Assembly: GCA_002633005.1 (NCBI GenBank)
Contig: NMRA01000476.1
Location: 102,911 to 166,910 of the forward strand
DNA length: 64,000 nucleotides
Reading direction: 5' to 3'
Source of the DNA: Phoronis australis
Lineage: Eukaryota; Animalia; Phoronida
Below are positions 62,330 through 64,000 of this stretch, piece after piece; the first letter of the stretch is position 1, and every line of letters begins with the position of its first letter. The position numbers were made by a program, and so were the translations under genes. The notes below the pieces were generated by a model that was not told the origin of the DNA, made no database searches, and worked only from the letters and a program-made list of their open reading frames with translations.

Positions 62330-63392
62330 CATATACAATCGGGTCCTTTTAGTCCTGTTGGCTCTTCTGAGCGAGTCTTCAATTTTTCACTGGCTGTCAA
62401 CATTAAAGTTGACCGCTATGCCTCGAGTTAGCGACCGCCTGATGATTGCCGTCGTATTTCAATTAGTCGGCCGACATCAACCAACGGCCATCCGGCCCAT
62501 CGACGTCCGGCAGTTGACCGTCGGGAAATGCCCACCGTCAAATGTGCACACGATATGCTGCGCAATAGGGCGTGTGACAAATTTCTGGCGATGGTCGCGA
62601 AAAAGCATTAATTTTAGTCTTGAAATGTGAATTCTACTTCCTATTCCACAAAACATTGACCGAATCCAATCCGCAGTCATCGACATTTTTAAAAACGCTA
62701 AGGTACCTTAGATGTGCAAAAACAATCGGGCATCAATCGTGGGTACCGCCTTGGTTATCGAGGTTAGCAAGCATTAGTGGAATTTTCTGCAAGATAACCA
62801 TTGCCAAGTTGCATGAAACAATCCCCAATAGGGACTCACCAAGTTCCCTAAACCTACTGCACATTTGCCTCTTTGTTTATTCACAGTAGATGTAACTTTT
62901 CATCCTTCTAATGATCTACTCTTTACTTGGACGTTTTCCAACACAAATAAAGAAAACCGAATTCAGTGAAAATAAATCCCTATTTAGTCATTAAATTGGG
63001 GGCGTTGTATGAAAACATATTTTCGATATTGACAATTCAAACTAAAGTTCACTGTTGATTTGTATCAAAGCCAAATACTGACTTAGTAATGAAACAAAAA
63101 CAGTGCAAGGACAATCCATGTTTTTACAAGCCCACAAATGCTTATTAGATTTAAGGAGCTTAGTCAGTCCCTGTTTTGGTACTGTTTCATGCAATAGGAC
63201 ACAGGGATCTTCACTTACAAATTGTAAATTATTGTCTTCCCCCAAAATCGCACATCATGCATGTGTAGCCTTACAACATTCACATACTTTCAACATGTTC
63301 CAAGCCTATAAAATGCTTGCATTGTCTGGGTCTACCTGATCCAAATGCTCTAACTTCAAGCAGTGAACATTTCTTCCTTGGGGTAAAATTAA

Positions 63393-64000
63393 AGTGTACA
63401 CAACATGACTCTAGTACCTCAAAATAAATTTTATTATTATATCTTACTTGATTTCAGTGCCTTTAGTGCACAGCTCATAAAGAAACACGCAAAAATTGAA
63501 AAAAATAATAATTATGTTCAACGTCATGGGTTGAACCCAGGTCGTTCGGATCAGAGACAAAGTGTATAGAAGAGAATGCAAAGTACATTTAGCGTCGAGA
63601 AGGTTCGTAGAGGGATCAAAAGATGTGTTTCCGGAGGCTGCAGCAACAGCAGCCAGGCGGAAAACGTCTCGGTGTTCCGAAGGACACCAAAGTTGCGCAG
63701 AAGTGGCATGACTTCGTGCGCCGAACGAGAGTGTGGGACGTCATCGTGGACCAAGAGATTCGGTCCGGGGCCACTCTGTGTTCTGCCCACTTTGAGGACT
63801 CGTGTTTCGACTCCAGTCACAGGAGACGATGAAGGCCTGGTTCAATAAAGGACAATATTTATCATTCAGAAACATCAGCTCTTAATTCAGGATCGTCTGT
63901 TGGATGACTGGGTTGACTCGCCGAGCCCGAGGCCGCTTCTCTCGCGGGAGGATCCAGTTCATAAGGCTCAAAGTAGAAAAGTACGCAGCCGGAAGCACAT
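63393..64000 (+). mobile_element. Second copy (inverted, running off the window) of the Kolobok-like THAP element
   Basis: Reverse complement of ~9905-10526, preceded by TTAA (63389-63392). THAP remnant KRCVSGGCSNS...(frameshift)PKD..AQKWHDFVRRTR...LCSAHFEDSCF. Confidence 0.85.

Overview
Eukaryotic, intron-rich animal genomic DNA from a draft assembly with several N gaps. It is most consistent with a lophotrochozoan-type invertebrate (inferred from spliced USP genes, a boudin-like Ly6 gene and HINE-type repeats). Five spliced protein-coding genes can be reconstructed with GT-AG introns and consistent phases: (1) a secreted protein with signal peptide, dibasic site, Thr-rich stalk and one UMOD/GP2/OIT3-type D8C domain (minus, 8032-16472), with a decayed paralog at ~19.8-21.1 kb; (2,3) two tandem universal stress protein genes (plus); (4) DNAJB12/14 (minus, 37901-56337), with two internal exons duplicated across an assembly gap; (5) a boudin-like Ly6/uPAR gene head-to-head with DNAJB12. 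The rest is dense in repeats: a palindrome-bearing ~540 bp tandem array, a 55 bp minisatellite, a Penelope-like remnant with a minimal hammerhead ribozyme, Kolobok-like THAP elements, a Merlin transposase remnant, a TIR element with a 9 bp TSD, MITEs, SINE/LINE fragments, a 2.2 kb foldback with tRNA-like arms, and a Helentron/HINE-like family whose ~150 bp subunits each carry a CTCF-consensus motif. No CRISPR, rRNA or prokaryotic systems were seen. All homology calls come from recognising motifs by eye, not from database searches.
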